A stretch of 64,000 nucleotides of DNA from Patescibacteria group bacterium (lineage in GTDB: Bacteria > Patescibacteriota > Minisyncoccia > UBA6257 > GWB1-50-10). Below are positions 8,624-18,973 of this stretch, piece after piece; the stretch's first letter is position 1, and each line of letters opens with the position of its first letter. The notes below the pieces were generated by a model. The model was not told where the DNA came from and made no database searches. It was given only the letters and a program-made list of their open reading frames with translations. Position numbers and translations under genes: made by a program. The stretch lies in assembly GCA_024239035.1 (NCBI GenBank), contig JANBVK010000001.1, positions 423,062 through 487,061 on the forward strand. The letters are read 5' to 3'.

Positions 8624-10180
8624 TCACTCGTTTTTTAATCGGTACTGGAATGCCTCAGCAAGGTGTTCTTTTTTTACGGTCGGTGATATTTCCTGCCCAC
8701 TTGCTGCGGCAAGGTCGGCAATGGTCTGCGCTACTTTTAAAATTCGGTAGTAACCGCGAGCAGAAACAAAAGCCCGCTCTAGAGTTTGTTTTAGGAGTTC
8801 CTCGGCGCCGGATTCAAGTCTTACTGTTCCGTCAACTTGTTTGGAACTCATCTCGGCGTTGGAGAAAATTTTAGGTTTGAGATGCGTAAAACGTTTCTCC
8901 TGAATTAACCGGGCCTTCATAACCTGCTCGCGCATAAATTTTTCGATATTATCATCCGTACTTTTTGTTCGCAGTTCCTCAATTGGTATACGCGGGACTT
9001 CCAGTTGTATATCTATTCTGTCTAGAAGCGGTCCTGAAACTTTCTTTTGATAACGGAAGACTTCATTTGCAGTGCAGCGACATTCTTTCTCTGAGTCGTC
9101 GAAATAACCACAAGGACATGGGTTCATTGCGGCAACGAGCATGAAACGCGCCGGGAACGTTAGCGTTTTCTTGACTCGGGCGACGTGGACTGAACCGCTC
9201 TCAAGTGGTTGCCGGAGGCCCTCAAGGACATCGCGGTGAAATTCCGGTGTTTCATCGAGAAAGAGAACGCCCCTATGAGCTAAGCTGATCTCTCCCGGTT
9301 TTGGGTTTGTCCCGCCGCCTATTATGGAGATTCTTGAAGCGCTGTGATGTGGTGCCCGGAAAGGTCTGTGATTGATAAATGAGTTGTTGAAATTAAGGCC
9401 TGCGGCGCTGTAAATACGGGTAATTTCTATACTTTCTTCTATGGTTGGTGGAGGAAGAATTGAAGCAAATGCTTGAGCAATCATCGTTTTGCCGGTTCCG
9501 GGTGACCCGGTCATGATCATGTTGTGGCCGCCGGCAGCGGCAACAAGAAGAGCGCGTTTTGCAGCGGCTTGTCCCTTTATCTCGCCTAAAGTCACAAGTG
9601 AAGGAGGGTAGCCGGGTTCTATCATAGTGATAGGCTGCTTTGGGATTATTTTTATATTCTCAAGGTGTTCAATGAGTTGGTTTAGATTGCGGACAGGCAT
9701 TACTTTAACGTCTGGAATAGCAGCAGCCTCAACTGCGTTAGCTTCAGGGACAAAAATTTGTCTGATCCCCTTTTGTTTAGCAAGAAGAGTAATACTCAAG
9801 CACCCGTTCACCGGCCTTAAGGTTCCATCAAGCGAGAGTTCGCCAATGAATATTTTGTCTTCGGTATCGAAACGCTTTAACTGGTCACTTGCCAGAAGGT
9901 AGGCTAGAGCGATTGATAAGTCAAATCTTGAGCCAATCTTTTTAATGTCAGCGGGGGCCAAGTTTATAGTTATGCGGCGATTCTCTTTAGTTGGTGGTTT
10001 GATGCCGCAGTTTTTGAGGGCGGAGTTCACTCGTTCTTTGGCTTCACTAACCGCCTTATCAGCAAGTCCTACAATATTAAACGAATGAAGGCCGACGTTT
10101 AAGTCGGCCTCAACTTCTATTAGTTCCGCATTTATGCCGTCCAGTTCAGCAGAGTAAAGTCGGGGAACTTGCTTTATCAT
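8624..10180 (-). CDS. YifB/ComM-family Mg-chelatase-like AAA+ ATPase
   Basis: Lon-like N-terminal domain. Walker A motif GSPGTGKTM and Walker B motif VLFLDETPEF are present. A C-terminal Mg-chelatase subunit-like region follows. Confidence 0.85.
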   Translation of the reverse strand: MIKQVPRLYSAELDGINAELIEVEADLNVGLHSFNIVGLADKAVSEAKERVNSALKNCGIKPPTKENRRITINLAPADIKKIGSRFDLSIALAYLLASDQLKRFDTEDKIFIGELSLDGTLRPVNGCLSITLLAKQKGIRQIFVPEANAVEAAAIPDVKVMPVRNLNQLIEHLENIKIIPKQPITMIEPGYPPSLVTLGEIKGQAAAKRALLVAAAGGHNMIMTGSPGTGKTMIAQAFASILPPPTIEESIEITRIYSAAGLNFNNSFINHRPFRAPHHSASRISIIGGGTNPKPGEISLAHRGVLFLDETPEFHRDVLEGLRQPLESGSVHVARVKKTLTFPARFMLVAAMNPCPCGYFDDSEKECRCTANEVFRYQKKVSGPLLDRIDIQLEVPRIPIEELRTKSTDDNIEKFMREQVMKARLIQEKRFTHLKPKIFSNAEMSSKQVDGTVRLESGAEELLKQTLERAFVSARGYYRILKVAQTIADLAAASGQEISPTVKKEHLAEAFQYRLKNE

Positions 10181-10185
10181 ACCCG

Positions 10186-10524
10186 TCAGGCGGCACCCTT
10201 ACATTTTTTGCACAACGTAGACCTGGGAGCGGCTTCCAAAATTTCTAATTCAATATCCCCTCCGCACTTCTCACACTTACCGTACGAACCATCTTTAATT
10301 CTTGTGAGTGCAGCTTCAATGTCATTCAACTTATCTTCTAAGGGTTTTTTGACGCTCAAGTAGTTTGTGAATTCCTCAGTTTCATCTGTTTCTTCCTCAA
10401 GGTGATCAGTGTCGCTGCCGAAGTCTAAATCTTTTTTAAGTTTTTGTAATCCTTTTTCAATATCAGATTTTGCTGACAGCAGTTTTTTTTCAAACGTTTC
10501 AATTTGTTCCTTGGTTAGAGCCAT
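10186..10524 (-). CDS. DksA/TraR-family C4 zinc-finger protein
   Basis: Coiled-coil N-terminus followed by CEKCGGDIELEILEAAPRSTLCKKC (a C4 finger). The probable start is the internal Met (MALTKEQIETF) rather than the 10635 ORF start. Confidence 0.6.
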   Translation of the reverse strand: MALTKEQIETFEKKLLSAKSDIEKGLQKLKKDLDFGSDTDHLEEETDETEEFTNYLSVKKPLEDKLNDIEAALTRIKDGSYGKCEKCGGDIELEILEAAPRSTLCKKCKGAA

Positions 10525-10650
10525 AAGAATTTCGTGATTTGTAAATATAGTCAGTTTATAAGTTAAAGATAGTGTAGCGTAGCGTGATTTGTCAACGAAG
10601 TTTAATGTCTTCAGTTTATCCACATATGTGGACAAAGTGAAGACACAGAT

Positions 10651-11022
10651 TCAATCAACATTTTCATAGTGCTCTAAATTGAAATCTTCCCCGTTTTTTG
10701 TAATAGCAATCAAATCAAGCCGCCAGCCTTTTTTGTTATTGATTAGTTCTTGTCGGTGGCCGGCGTAGAGTGATGCCGCTCTTTTGAATTTTTTGAGTTT
10801 CGCCCTGGTCATCTGATCTTCGGGTTTTAGGCCACCGAAAGCCGGTCCTGTCATTGTTTTAACTTCGACAAAAGCAAGTGTTTTATCAGGGGTAATGGTG
10901 ATAATATCCAGTTCCCCCCACGATTTCCTAAAATTCCTCTCAATGATTTTGTAGTTCTTGTCCGCAAGATATTCGCATGCGAAATCCTCACCTGCTTTTC
11001 CCAGCTCTGATTTTAGGTTCAT
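10651..11022 (-). CDS. YraN (UPF0102) family endonuclease
   Basis: The N-terminal third GKAGEDFACEYLADKNYKIIERNFR..GELDIIT..AFVEVK matches the UPF0102 signature. Confidence 0.75.
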   Translation of the reverse strand: MNLKSELGKAGEDFACEYLADKNYKIIERNFRKSWGELDIITITPDKTLAFVEVKTMTGPAFGGLKPEDQMTRAKLKKFKRAASLYAGHRQELINNKKGWRLDLIAITKNGEDFNLEHYENVD

Positions 11023-11448
11023 ATACTCATATTATAGCACCCAAGGTGCTTCATCAGCGTTTTTGAGAGAAGTAAAACTTAATGCGCAGAATATACAGGC
11101 TCTTTTTTATCCTAATTTCTAGATATCGCCAGAAATTTAATCAAAAAAGATATTTCACGATAAATATTTTCTGTTTTTAATGTTTATGCATAAACATTAA
11201 AATTTGCAAAAAACGAGAAAGTCTAGGTTTTATCAGCTTACCAGCCTGTTCGTTTTGCGACACTTTCTGAGAGTTTTTGAGCAAAAATTAGAAAGCGTAG
11301 GTTTTATCTGCTTATCGGGTTTTTCAATTTTTTCCGGTTTTTCAATTTTATTAATTTTATTAAATTTATCAAATCTATTGGCTAATTCGCACAAATTAAC
11401 CAATACGCTATTTGTCACTCTTCTGCTTCATTTTTTTGATCAAAAATC

Positions 11449-11539
11449 CAAACGGCTCAACGACACCCACCGTTGAGCCGTTTGGATATTAAGACGGGTC
11501 TGACGCCTCAATTTCCTCTATATGGAGGAAATTGAGGCG
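11449..11539 (-). terminator. two tandem strong hairpins downstream of the phosphohexomutase gene
   Basis: First hairpin: ccaaacggctcaacg / cgttgagccgtttgg (15-bp stem). On the minus strand it is followed by a T-run. Second hairpin: cgcctcaatttcctc / gaggaaattgaggcg (15-bp stem). Confidence 0.5.
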
Positions 11540-11575
11540 GGTAATTCAAAGGGAGTTATTCTTGTTAATTTTGTA

Positions 11576-12906
11576 TTAATGCCTACTTGCTGCCGATTTT
11601 AGTTTTTTAACCTCTCTTTTAAAAGTCAGTTTATCACTGGACCCAACGAAGAAACGCACGAGCGACTGAGTATTGGATGGGCGAACCATAAAGAACCAGT
11701 CATCAAAATCAAATGTTATTCCATCAATGAATCCTACCCGGCGGGCTTTTCGCTCATAGATAGTTTTTATCTTCTTAATAAATTCTTTCGGGTTCGTGTT
11801 CTGAATATCAAACTGTTCGTAGTAAAGTTTAGGCAGGAAATCATAGAAATCGGCTAAGGAGTACGGTACTTTTGATAAAATGTCGAGTACTTTTGCAACT
11901 GCGAGTATCGCAGAATCAGAGTAAGAAAAGTCTTTAAAAAAGTAATGTCCAGAGTATTCTGCTCCAACCGTTGCCTTTCTCTTTTTCATAATTTCTTTAA
12001 CGAAGCGAGTTCCTACTGGAGATGGAAACGTTTTTTTTCTTAAGAGTTGAAGGTGTTCTAAGGATTTGAATGAGAAAATTTCAGCGACAAATGGTGGTTT
12101 CTCATCCAGGAACAGAAGATATGCTATAAAATATGCGGGTATCTTCCTACCACGATTATCGATGAAAAAAACCCGGTCGCCGTCCCCGTCAAATATGACG
12201 CCCAGGTCGGCCCGCCTTTTTAGAACTTGTTTCTGAAGCTCCACTCTTGCGCCCGGTATTAGGGGATTGGGTTGATGACCCGGGAAAGTTCCGTCGGATT
12301 TGTAATTTATATAGTGGGGCGTAATTAGTGGTTGATTTTGAAATAATTTTTTTAAAATAGGCCCGACCGCTCCGTTTGAACAGTCAAAAACTATCTTAAT
12401 CGGTTTTTTGATATTCATAAAGTCACGGAGATACCTGACGTAAGCGTTTATATAAGTATCATTCATAGCCATTTTTGAACAATTCTCAATACTTTATCTC
12501 CGCCGATCATTTCCGCATTTTTACCAACTACTTTTAGACCGTTCCATTCTTTCGGATTGTGAGAGGCAGTTATTATAACCCCGTAATCAGCGCGTAAATG
12601 CTTTACGAGAAAGTAGAACATCGGTGTTGTAGTAAGCCCGGCTTTAACGATTTTGGTTCTTCCTACATCCTCAAGTCCTAGAATAGCTGCCCTATAGAGA
12701 CTTGGTGAACTTAGGCGAACATCATATGCCACTACGGCGGTGGATTTCTTGCTTCTAGTTCTCGATTTGAAATAATCTCCTAGCGAGCGTGCGATTGTGT
12801 AGACTGCCACCTCGTTTATTTGTTTTGGGTATTTCCCTCTAATATCGTAAGCTTTGAAAATTTCCTTTGGCATCACATTCTCAAAATCTTTATAAGTTTT
12901 AGTCAT
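11576..12906 (-). pseudogene. phosphoglucomutase/phosphomannomutase (alpha-D-phosphohexomutase) interrupted by a frameshift at 12463..12472
   Basis: The N-terminal part (12463..12906) carries the active-site Ser motif TASHNP. The C-terminal part (11576..12472) carries the metal-binding FDGDGDR motif. The two ORFs overlap by 10 nt at an A5 homopolymer (coding strand GTTCAAAAATGG). Adding one A fuses them in frame into a protein of about 445 aa. Confidence 0.75.
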
Positions 12907-13013
12907 AGATAGATTTATCTTAATGCTTTGTGAGGCGGCAGTCGATACACCTTGATAGATCCAGCGGGATTGAAACCAGCGGGATTTTGAGCTTAAATGA
13001 AAGCATATCATTC

Positions 13014-15053
13014 ATGTCTCGTAGAAATAAAAAAGACCGCAAGCGTAAGAGAGAGGACCGTGAGTTTGGTATATCTACACTCCACCCAGACGTCAAAAAA
13101 AGTGTTTGGATAGTTTCGTTCTTGGGGGTGGCTATTCTGTTTGTTTTAGCGGCGATGGGACAAGCTGGTCCTTTTGGAAGAAGATTTTACTTTCTTTTTG
13201 ATAATCTCTTAGGTTGGGGATATTTTTTATTGCCGGCCGTTTTTTTTCTTTTAGCCTTTTCTTTTATTGATCCGGAGAAGAAAAGGTTTTTAGGCGTAAC
13301 TCTAGCGGGAGGATTTTTATTTCTCATCTCGGGTTTGGGGTTTATAGATATTGTCTCTCCGGGGAACGGAGGTTTGGCCGGAATGGTGGTCGGTTCTCTT
13401 AAAAATCCTTTTGGAGCGACAGCATCTTTAGTAATAACCCTAACAACGTTGATTATCTCTTTCTTAGTTGTTCTAAACCGCCCCTTAAAAATTCCAAAAA
13501 TCGCTAAGGTTGAGAATACAGATATTGACTTACCTGAGAAGCCTGCCCTTGAGAAAGACCTACAAGAAGAAACAGAGAATTCAGTCTCCGGGGAAGAAGA
13601 GGTTTTAAGTATGGCAAGTGAAACCAAGAAAAAGTTATCGGCTGTTATTAAACCGGCTAATATTAAAAATTACGCCCCGCCGCCGCTTAAACTTCTTTCT
13701 AGTTCTTTTGAGAAACCAACCATTGGAGACCTGAGAGCGAACGCGAATATCATTAAACGTACTCTTGATAGCTTTGGTATATCGGTGGAGGTAGGAGAGA
13801 TTAACGTCGGTCCTACGGTTACTCGCTACGCCCTAAAACCAGCCGAAGGAATGAAACTCTCTCGTATTACCGCTCTGAATCAGGATTTATCTCTTGCTCT
13901 GGCGGCTCATCCTATTCGGATTGAAGCTCCAATACCAGGTAAATCTCTAATCGGCATTGAAGTGCCTAATAAATCTGCGGCTTTGGTCCGTTTGGGAAGC
14001 TTATTGCTCTACCCAGAATTCCAAAAATCTTCTTCTCTTTCTTTTATTTTGGGGAGAAACGTAAGTGGCGATCCTATATTTGCCGATATTGCCAAGATGC
14101 CTCATTTTATGATCGCGGGGGCAACCGGTTCGGGTAAATCAATAATGGTTCATTCTCTTTTAATATCTCTCCTCTATAAAAATTCTCCAGAGACACTGAG
14201 ATTAATTCTTATTGACCCCAAACGGGTTGAGCTCTCGGTCTACAACGGAATACCCCATCTTATGTCGCCGGTAATCACTAAAAACAAAGAGGCTATGGGA
14301 GCTCTACGGTGGGCGATAAGTGAGATGGAGCGCCGTTATCAATTATTACTTGAAGCGGGTGCCAGGGATATAAAAAGCTATAATCGCGGCAAGGAACGTC
14401 TGCCATACCTTTTGGTTGTTATTGATGAGCTGGCCGATTTAATGTCTTCTTACGGACGAGAAGTGGAAGGCTCAATTATTAGATTGGCTCAGATGTCGCG
14501 GGCAACAGGTCTTCACTTAGTGGTTTCAACTCAGCGACCTTCGGTCGAGGTAATCACTGGGCTTATTAAAGCTAATATAACTTCTCGTATTGCTCTCCAA
14601 GTGGCAAGCCAGGTAGATTCGCGAACTATTTTAGATACGGGTGGGGCGGAAAAACTTCTCGGAAACGGCGATCTACTTTTTGTATCGGCAGAGATTTCCA
14701 AACCCCGCCGCATCCAAGGGGCTTACGTGACAGAAGAAGAAATCAAAAAAGTAACCTCCTTCATTAAAGAAAACAACAAACTTGATCCGGGCGATAATGA
14801 AGATTTAGCGTTTGGAGAACAAAATGAATCATCACCTGCCCTTGATTTTGGGGATTATGGCGGGGACTCCGACGATGAACTCTACAACGACGCCGTCTTA
14901 GTAGTTCGTGACGCTAAGAAAGCCTCGGCCTCTCTTCTCCAGAGACGTCTTAGGGTCGGTTATGCCCGGGCAGCCCGCCTTTTGGATATAATGGAAGAGA
15001 AAGGAATTGTTGGTCCGGGAGAAGGAGCCAAACCAAGAGAAGTGAAACTTTAG
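13014..15053 (+). CDS. ftsK: DNA translocase FtsK/SpoIIIE
   Basis: N-terminal transmembrane helices. Walker A motif AGATGSGKS and Walker B motif LLVVIDELADLM are present. The C-terminal gamma winged-helix segment (LLQRRLRVGYARAARLLD) is present. The start was chosen at MSRRNKK (13014), not the upstream 12930 extension that overlaps the mutase gene. Confidence 0.85.
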   Translation: MSRRNKKDRKRKREDREFGISTLHPDVKKSVWIVSFLGVAILFVLAAMGQAGPFGRRFYFLFDNLLGWGYFLLPAVFFLLAFSFIDPEKKRFLGVTLAGGFLFLISGLGFIDIVSPGNGGLAGMVVGSLKNPFGATASLVITLTTLIISFLVVLNRPLKIPKIAKVENTDIDLPEKPALEKDLQEETENSVSGEEEVLSMASETKKKLSAVIKPANIKNYAPPPLKLLSSSFEKPTIGDLRANANIIKRTLDSFGISVEVGEINVGPTVTRYALKPAEGMKLSRITALNQDLSLALAAHPIRIEAPIPGKSLIGIEVPNKSAALVRLGSLLLYPEFQKSSSLSFILGRNVSGDPIFADIAKMPHFMIAGATGSGKSIMVHSLLISLLYKNSPETLRLILIDPKRVELSVYNGIPHLMSPVITKNKEAMGALRWAISEMERRYQLLLEAGARDIKSYNRGKERLPYLLVVIDELADLMSSYGREVEGSIIRLAQMSRATGLHLVVSTQRPSVEVITGLIKANITSRIALQVASQVDSRTILDTGGAEKLLGNGDLLFVSAEISKPRRIQGAYVTEEEIKKVTSFIKENNKLDPGDNEDLAFGEQNESSPALDFGDYGGDSDDELYNDAVLVVRDAKKASASLLQRRLRVGYARAARLLDIMEEKGIVGPGEGAKPREVKL

Positions 15054-15054
15054 T

Positions 15055-15723
15055 ATGAAAACAGAAGTTAAAAGTTTATCAAGTACGATTATAAATGCCT
15101 TAAGAGTGAAAGGATTTACTGTTGAAAAACTTGCTCAGACGACGGGTGTCTCTGACCGTTTTTTAGAATCGTTAGTGGAGGAAAAATTTGAAAACTTACC
15201 ACCGTCGCCTTACGTCCACGGCTATTTAGTAAAGATTGCGGGGGCACTCGGCTTGGATGGGGAAAGTCTCTGGCAGGAATATTTGAAAGACAACGATGTT
15301 ATAAAACGTTCTGGGAAAAGCGACCAACTGCCCCGCAATCGTTTTGTTACCTCAAGGTTGAGAGGGAAAGCTATTTTAGTAGGATTAGTGATTTTAGGTT
15401 TTATTGTTTACGTAGTTCTGAGAACTCCTTTATTTTTAAACCAACCGGGACTGGAATTAATGAACTTGTCTAATGACACTACTTTTACTGAAGATGCTAA
15501 TTTTAGTATTTTAGGTAAAGTGAGTTCTGCTTATAAATTGACACTAAACGGTGAGCGGGTTTATCCCGACGATGACGGTAATTTTGAGAAGACAATACCT
15601 CTTCAAGAAGGTTTTAACACTCTTGTGTTTAGTGTTAAGAAATTTTTAGGGAAGGAGAGATTGATTACAAAGCAAGTCTTTTATCAAGTGAATGAAGAAA
15701 ATTTTTTACAAAATGGCCAGTAA
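15055..15723 (+). CDS. RodZ-like HTH transmembrane protein
   Basis: N-terminal XRE-type helix-turn-helix ([18 protein letters not shown]), then [16 protein letters not shown], one transmembrane helix, and a C-terminal extracytoplasmic domain. Confidence 0.5.
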   Translation: MKTEVKSLSSTIINALRVKGFTVEKLAQTTGVSDRFLESLVEEKFENLPPSPYVHGYLVKIAGALGLDGESLWQEYLKDNDVIKRSGKSDQLPRNRFVTSRLRGKAILVGLVILGFIVYVVLRTPLFLNQPGLELMNLSNDTTFTEDANFSILGKVSSAYKLTLNGERVYPDDDGNFEKTIPLQEGFNTLVFSVKKFLGKERLITKQVFYQVNEENFLQNGQ

Positions 15724-16726
15724 GAAGGATCCCGTAAAAGGCGGAGAAAAAGATAAATCAAGTGACCTAGACTCTCTAATGGAGTCGCTCCAGAGTCGGT
15801 TCGGCGAAGGAGCGATAATGAGATTAGGTGATAACAAGCACATTAAGGTTGAGACGGTTCCTTCCGGTTCTTTTTCTCTTGATATTGCTCTTGGCGTCGG
15901 GGGGTTGCCGAAGGGACGGGTGATTGAAATTTACGGTCCTGAAGCGTCCGGGAAGACCACTTTAGCGTTACATGCCCTTGCTGAAATTCAAAAGAGGGGT
16001 GGCAGAGCGGCTTTCATTGATGCTGAGCACGCTCTTGATCCTGAATATGCTAAAAACATTGGTGTCAAAGTAAAGGACCTTGTTATCTCTCAACCCGATA
16101 ACGGTGAGGAGGCCTTGAATATCCTGGAGAGCCTGGTCCGTTCAGGAATTATTGATATTATCGTTATTGACTCGGTCGCGGCACTTACTCCCAGAGCGGA
16201 AATTGAGGGTGAGATGGGAGCTTATCACATTGGTGCTCAAGCCCGGCTAATGAGCCAAGCTCTAAGGAAGCTGACGGCGATTGCTGATAAAACAAAAACT
16301 ATCGTTATTTTTATAAATCAAACGAGAATGAAGATAGGCGTTATGTGGGGTAACCCGGAGACAACCCCCGGCGGCATGGCTTTAAAATTCTATACATCCG
16401 TTCGTATTGATATTCGTCGCATCGCTCAAATAAAGAAAGGAGATGAAGTTGTTGGCAGTAGGGTTAAAGTTAAAATTGTGAAAAATAAGGTTGCCCCCCC
16501 CTTTAAAATTACTGAGTTCGACATTATGTACGGCGAAGGAATTTCTTATGAGGCTGACGTGTTAAATACAGCCATTAAGCATGGTGTGGTTTCTAAATCC
16601 GGATCAAGTTATAGTTTCGGAGAAGAAAAGCTCGGAGTCGGCTTTGATAATGTCCGCGTGAAATTAAAAGAGGATAAGAAACTACTTGGAGCAATAAAGA
16701 AAAAGACGTTTGAGGCAATAGGGTAA
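15692..16726 (+). CDS. recA: recombinase RecA
   Basis: Walker A motif GPEASGKTT is present. Long stretches match RecA-typical sequence ([35 protein letters not shown]). An alternative start is MASKK at 15713. Confidence 0.9.
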   Translation: MKKIFYKMASKKDPVKGGEKDKSSDLDSLMESLQSRFGEGAIMRLGDNKHIKVETVPSGSFSLDIALGVGGLPKGRVIEIYGPEASGKTTLALHALAEIQKRGGRAAFIDAEHALDPEYAKNIGVKVKDLVISQPDNGEEALNILESLVRSGIIDIIVIDSVAALTPRAEIEGEMGAYHIGAQARLMSQALRKLTAIADKTKTIVIFINQTRMKIGVMWGNPETTPGGMALKFYTSVRIDIRRIAQIKKGDEVVGSRVKVKIVKNKVAPPFKITEFDIMYGEGISYEADVLNTAIKHGVVSKSGSSYSFGEEKLGVGFDNVRVKLKEDKKLLGAIKKKTFEAIG

Positions 16727-16789
16727 AGAATGCATCGAACCCGAACCCCGTCCGCCAGTTGGCGGATTCAGACAACGATATATTCTTAG

Positions 16790-17617
16790 CTATTTTGATT
16801 GTAGTTCAGCTAATTTGTAGAAATTTTCAAAAAGTTGAGCAACAAGAATCGGTCCCGTGCCGCCGGGGGTGGGAGTATAATTAATTTTGAATTTTGAATT
16901 TTGAATTTCTAATAGGTTGAAGTCACCGGCGATCCCGCTGTTAGTTATGTCGTATCCAAAATCTATAACAAGAGCACCTTCTTTTAGATTCAGAGAATCA
17001 AATAAATTTACTTTGCCTACGCCTGAGATAATAATATCTGCGTCTTTCAACTTGTCTTGTAAATCTTTAGCGCTTTTATCAAGAACGGTAAGCTCGGACA
17101 CACCATCCATCAACCAAACACTTATCGGTTTTCCAATCAGGGGGCCTTTTCCTATTACCACTACTCGTTTATCCTGCAGCTCTTGATTCATTGTTTGTAG
17201 GATTTTTTTCGTCGTTCCAATCGCAGGAGGGAATATAGGATTACGCCCGGTGTAGAATGCCCCGAGAGCCCGTTCGCCGAGCACGTCAACGTCTTTCTCC
17301 CGTGGAACGACGTTCAAACAAACATGTTTATTAATGTGTTTTGGCAGGGGTAACTGGATGATAACCCCGCCACAGGTTTTTGCTTCTGCTGTTTTTAAAA
17401 CTTCTTTTCTTAGCTCATCGTTTTTGATTGAGGCGGGATACTTGTAGAGCCGGAAATCTATACTAAGCTCTTTTGCTATTTTTTCTTTTTGCTTTAGAAA
17501 ACTTATCGATGCTGGGTCGTCACCAACCAGAATCGCTGCCAGAAATTTCTTTGGCTTCAATTCTTTCTTCAAATCTTCAATAACCTGTTCAGCAATTTTT
17601 TTGCCATTAATAACCAT
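16790..17617 (-). CDS. folD: bifunctional methylenetetrahydrofolate dehydrogenase/cyclohydrolase FolD
   Basis: FolD-like N-terminus INGKKIAEQV. The NAD(P)-binding glycine segment VVVIGKGPLIGKPIS is present. Length is 275 aa. Confidence 0.8.
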   Translation of the reverse strand: MVINGKKIAEQVIEDLKKELKPKKFLAAILVGDDPASISFLKQKEKIAKELSIDFRLYKYPASIKNDELRKEVLKTAEAKTCGGVIIQLPLPKHINKHVCLNVVPREKDVDVLGERALGAFYTGRNPIFPPAIGTTKKILQTMNQELQDKRVVVIGKGPLIGKPISVWLMDGVSELTVLDKSAKDLQDKLKDADIIISGVGKVNLFDSLNLKEGALVIDFGYDITNSGIAGDFNLLEIQNSKFKINYTPTPGGTGPILVAQLFENFYKLAELQSK

Positions 17618-17649
17618 GGGTTTAGATTACGGATTTTAACCGTTAGTTT

Positions 17650-18900
17650 TTAGTAAGAAAGAGGAAATTTTCTGCAGAGACGTAAAATTTCTTTTTTGGT
17701 GGCAGTAGCGGATGTTTCTTTCAAAAGTGTCTGCGATATTAATTCCGCAATTATTTTCATTTCTTTCTCTTTCATGCCGCGGGTGGTAATCGCCGGTGTG
17801 CCAATACGGATACCCGAGGGGTTAAAAGGTGAACGTCTGTCGTAGGGAACGGTGTTCCGGTTAACAACGATCCCCACTTTTTCCAGTTGTTCTTGAGCAT
17901 CTTTACCGGGAATATCGAAATTAGTGAGATCAAGCAGCATTAAGTGATTATCGGTGCCGTCTGATACTAATTGGAAGTTATGTTTTTTTAATGCTGCAGC
18001 TAAGGCTCTGGCATTTTTTACAATTTGTCTTGCATATTTTTTAAAGGATGGTTCTAGTGTTTCTGATAAACATACTGCTATAGCGGCAGTTTGATTGTCG
18101 TGCGGCCCGCCTTGCAGGGCTGGAAAGACAGCTTTATCAATTGAAGTAGCAATATCGGTTTTGTGGTGCTCCGCGATTTTGGAATTGCGATTTGCAAAGA
18201 TGATTGCGCCACGCGGTCCCCGAAGCGTCTTGTGAGTAGTTGTGGTTACCACATCAGCATAAGGAAACGGTGAGGAATGAACTCTTGCAGCAACAAGCCC
18301 GGCGATGTGGGCCATATCCACCATAAGATAAGCGCCAACATTATGGGCAATAGCTGCAAACTTTTTAAAGTCGAAAAATCTGGAATAGGCCGTAGCGCCA
18401 GCGATGATAATTTTGGGTTTCTCTTTTTTCGCTAGTTTTTGGACCTCGCTATAATTGATGAGTCCGTTGCGCCCCACGGGATATTGAACTGATTTGTAGA
18501 ATCGGGCGGAGAAACTCACCTTCCAACCGTGGGTAAGGTGTCCCCCGAACGGCAGACTCATGCCCATGATTTTTTCTCCCGGGTTGAGAAGAGCGTAATA
18601 CACAGCCATATTGGCGGGGGAGCCGGAATACGGTTGAACGTTTACGTGCCACTGTTTGCCAAGGTGGAAAGCCCTCCGCGCTAATTCGCGGGCCATCTCT
18701 TCAACTTGGTCAATAATTTCATTTCCCCCATAGTAGCGCTTCCCAGGATATCCTTCAGAGTACTTGTTTGTGAGAGCTGAACCTAGCGCTTTTAGCACGT
18801 CTTTTGAGACGTAATTTTCTGAAGCAATCAGGTTGATTGTATTATTCTGTCGTTTCAGCTCTTTTTTAATGAGCTGCTTGATTGTTATTTTGTCGTGCAT
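17650..18900 (-). CDS. glyA: serine hydroxymethyltransferase
   Basis: LIASENYVS is present. The pyridoxal-phosphate lysine motif TTTTHKTLRGPRG is present. Length is 416 aa. Confidence 0.9.
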   Translation of the reverse strand: MHDKITIKQLIKKELKRQNNTINLIASENYVSKDVLKALGSALTNKYSEGYPGKRYYGGNEIIDQVEEMARELARRAFHLGKQWHVNVQPYSGSPANMAVYYALLNPGEKIMGMSLPFGGHLTHGWKVSFSARFYKSVQYPVGRNGLINYSEVQKLAKKEKPKIIIAGATAYSRFFDFKKFAAIAHNVGAYLMVDMAHIAGLVAARVHSSPFPYADVVTTTTHKTLRGPRGAIIFANRNSKIAEHHKTDIATSIDKAVFPALQGGPHDNQTAAIAVCLSETLEPSFKKYARQIVKNARALAAALKKHNFQLVSDGTDNHLMLLDLTNFDIPGKDAQEQLEKVGIVVNRNTVPYDRRSPFNPSGIRIGTPAITTRGMKEKEMKIIAELISQTLLKETSATATKKEILRLCRKFPLSY

Positions 18901-18973
18901 GTGTAGTACTTTACGACAAAACCGCTAGGAATTCTAGCGGCGGTTACACAAAATGGTTATGAATGTTCGGGTG

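Noticed and set aside
10600-10650. Nested palindromes (tccacatatgtgga; tgtcttcag...gtgaagaca) between yraN and the DksA-like gene
   Set aside because: The position right after the yraN stop fits a simple terminator hairpin. Nothing suggests more than that.
12930-13013. Upstream extension of the ftsK ORF (MRRQSIHLDRSS...)
   Set aside because: It overlaps the N-terminus of the oppositely oriented phosphohexomutase gene and has no FtsK-like sequence. MSRRNKKDRKRK at 13014 is a more plausible start.
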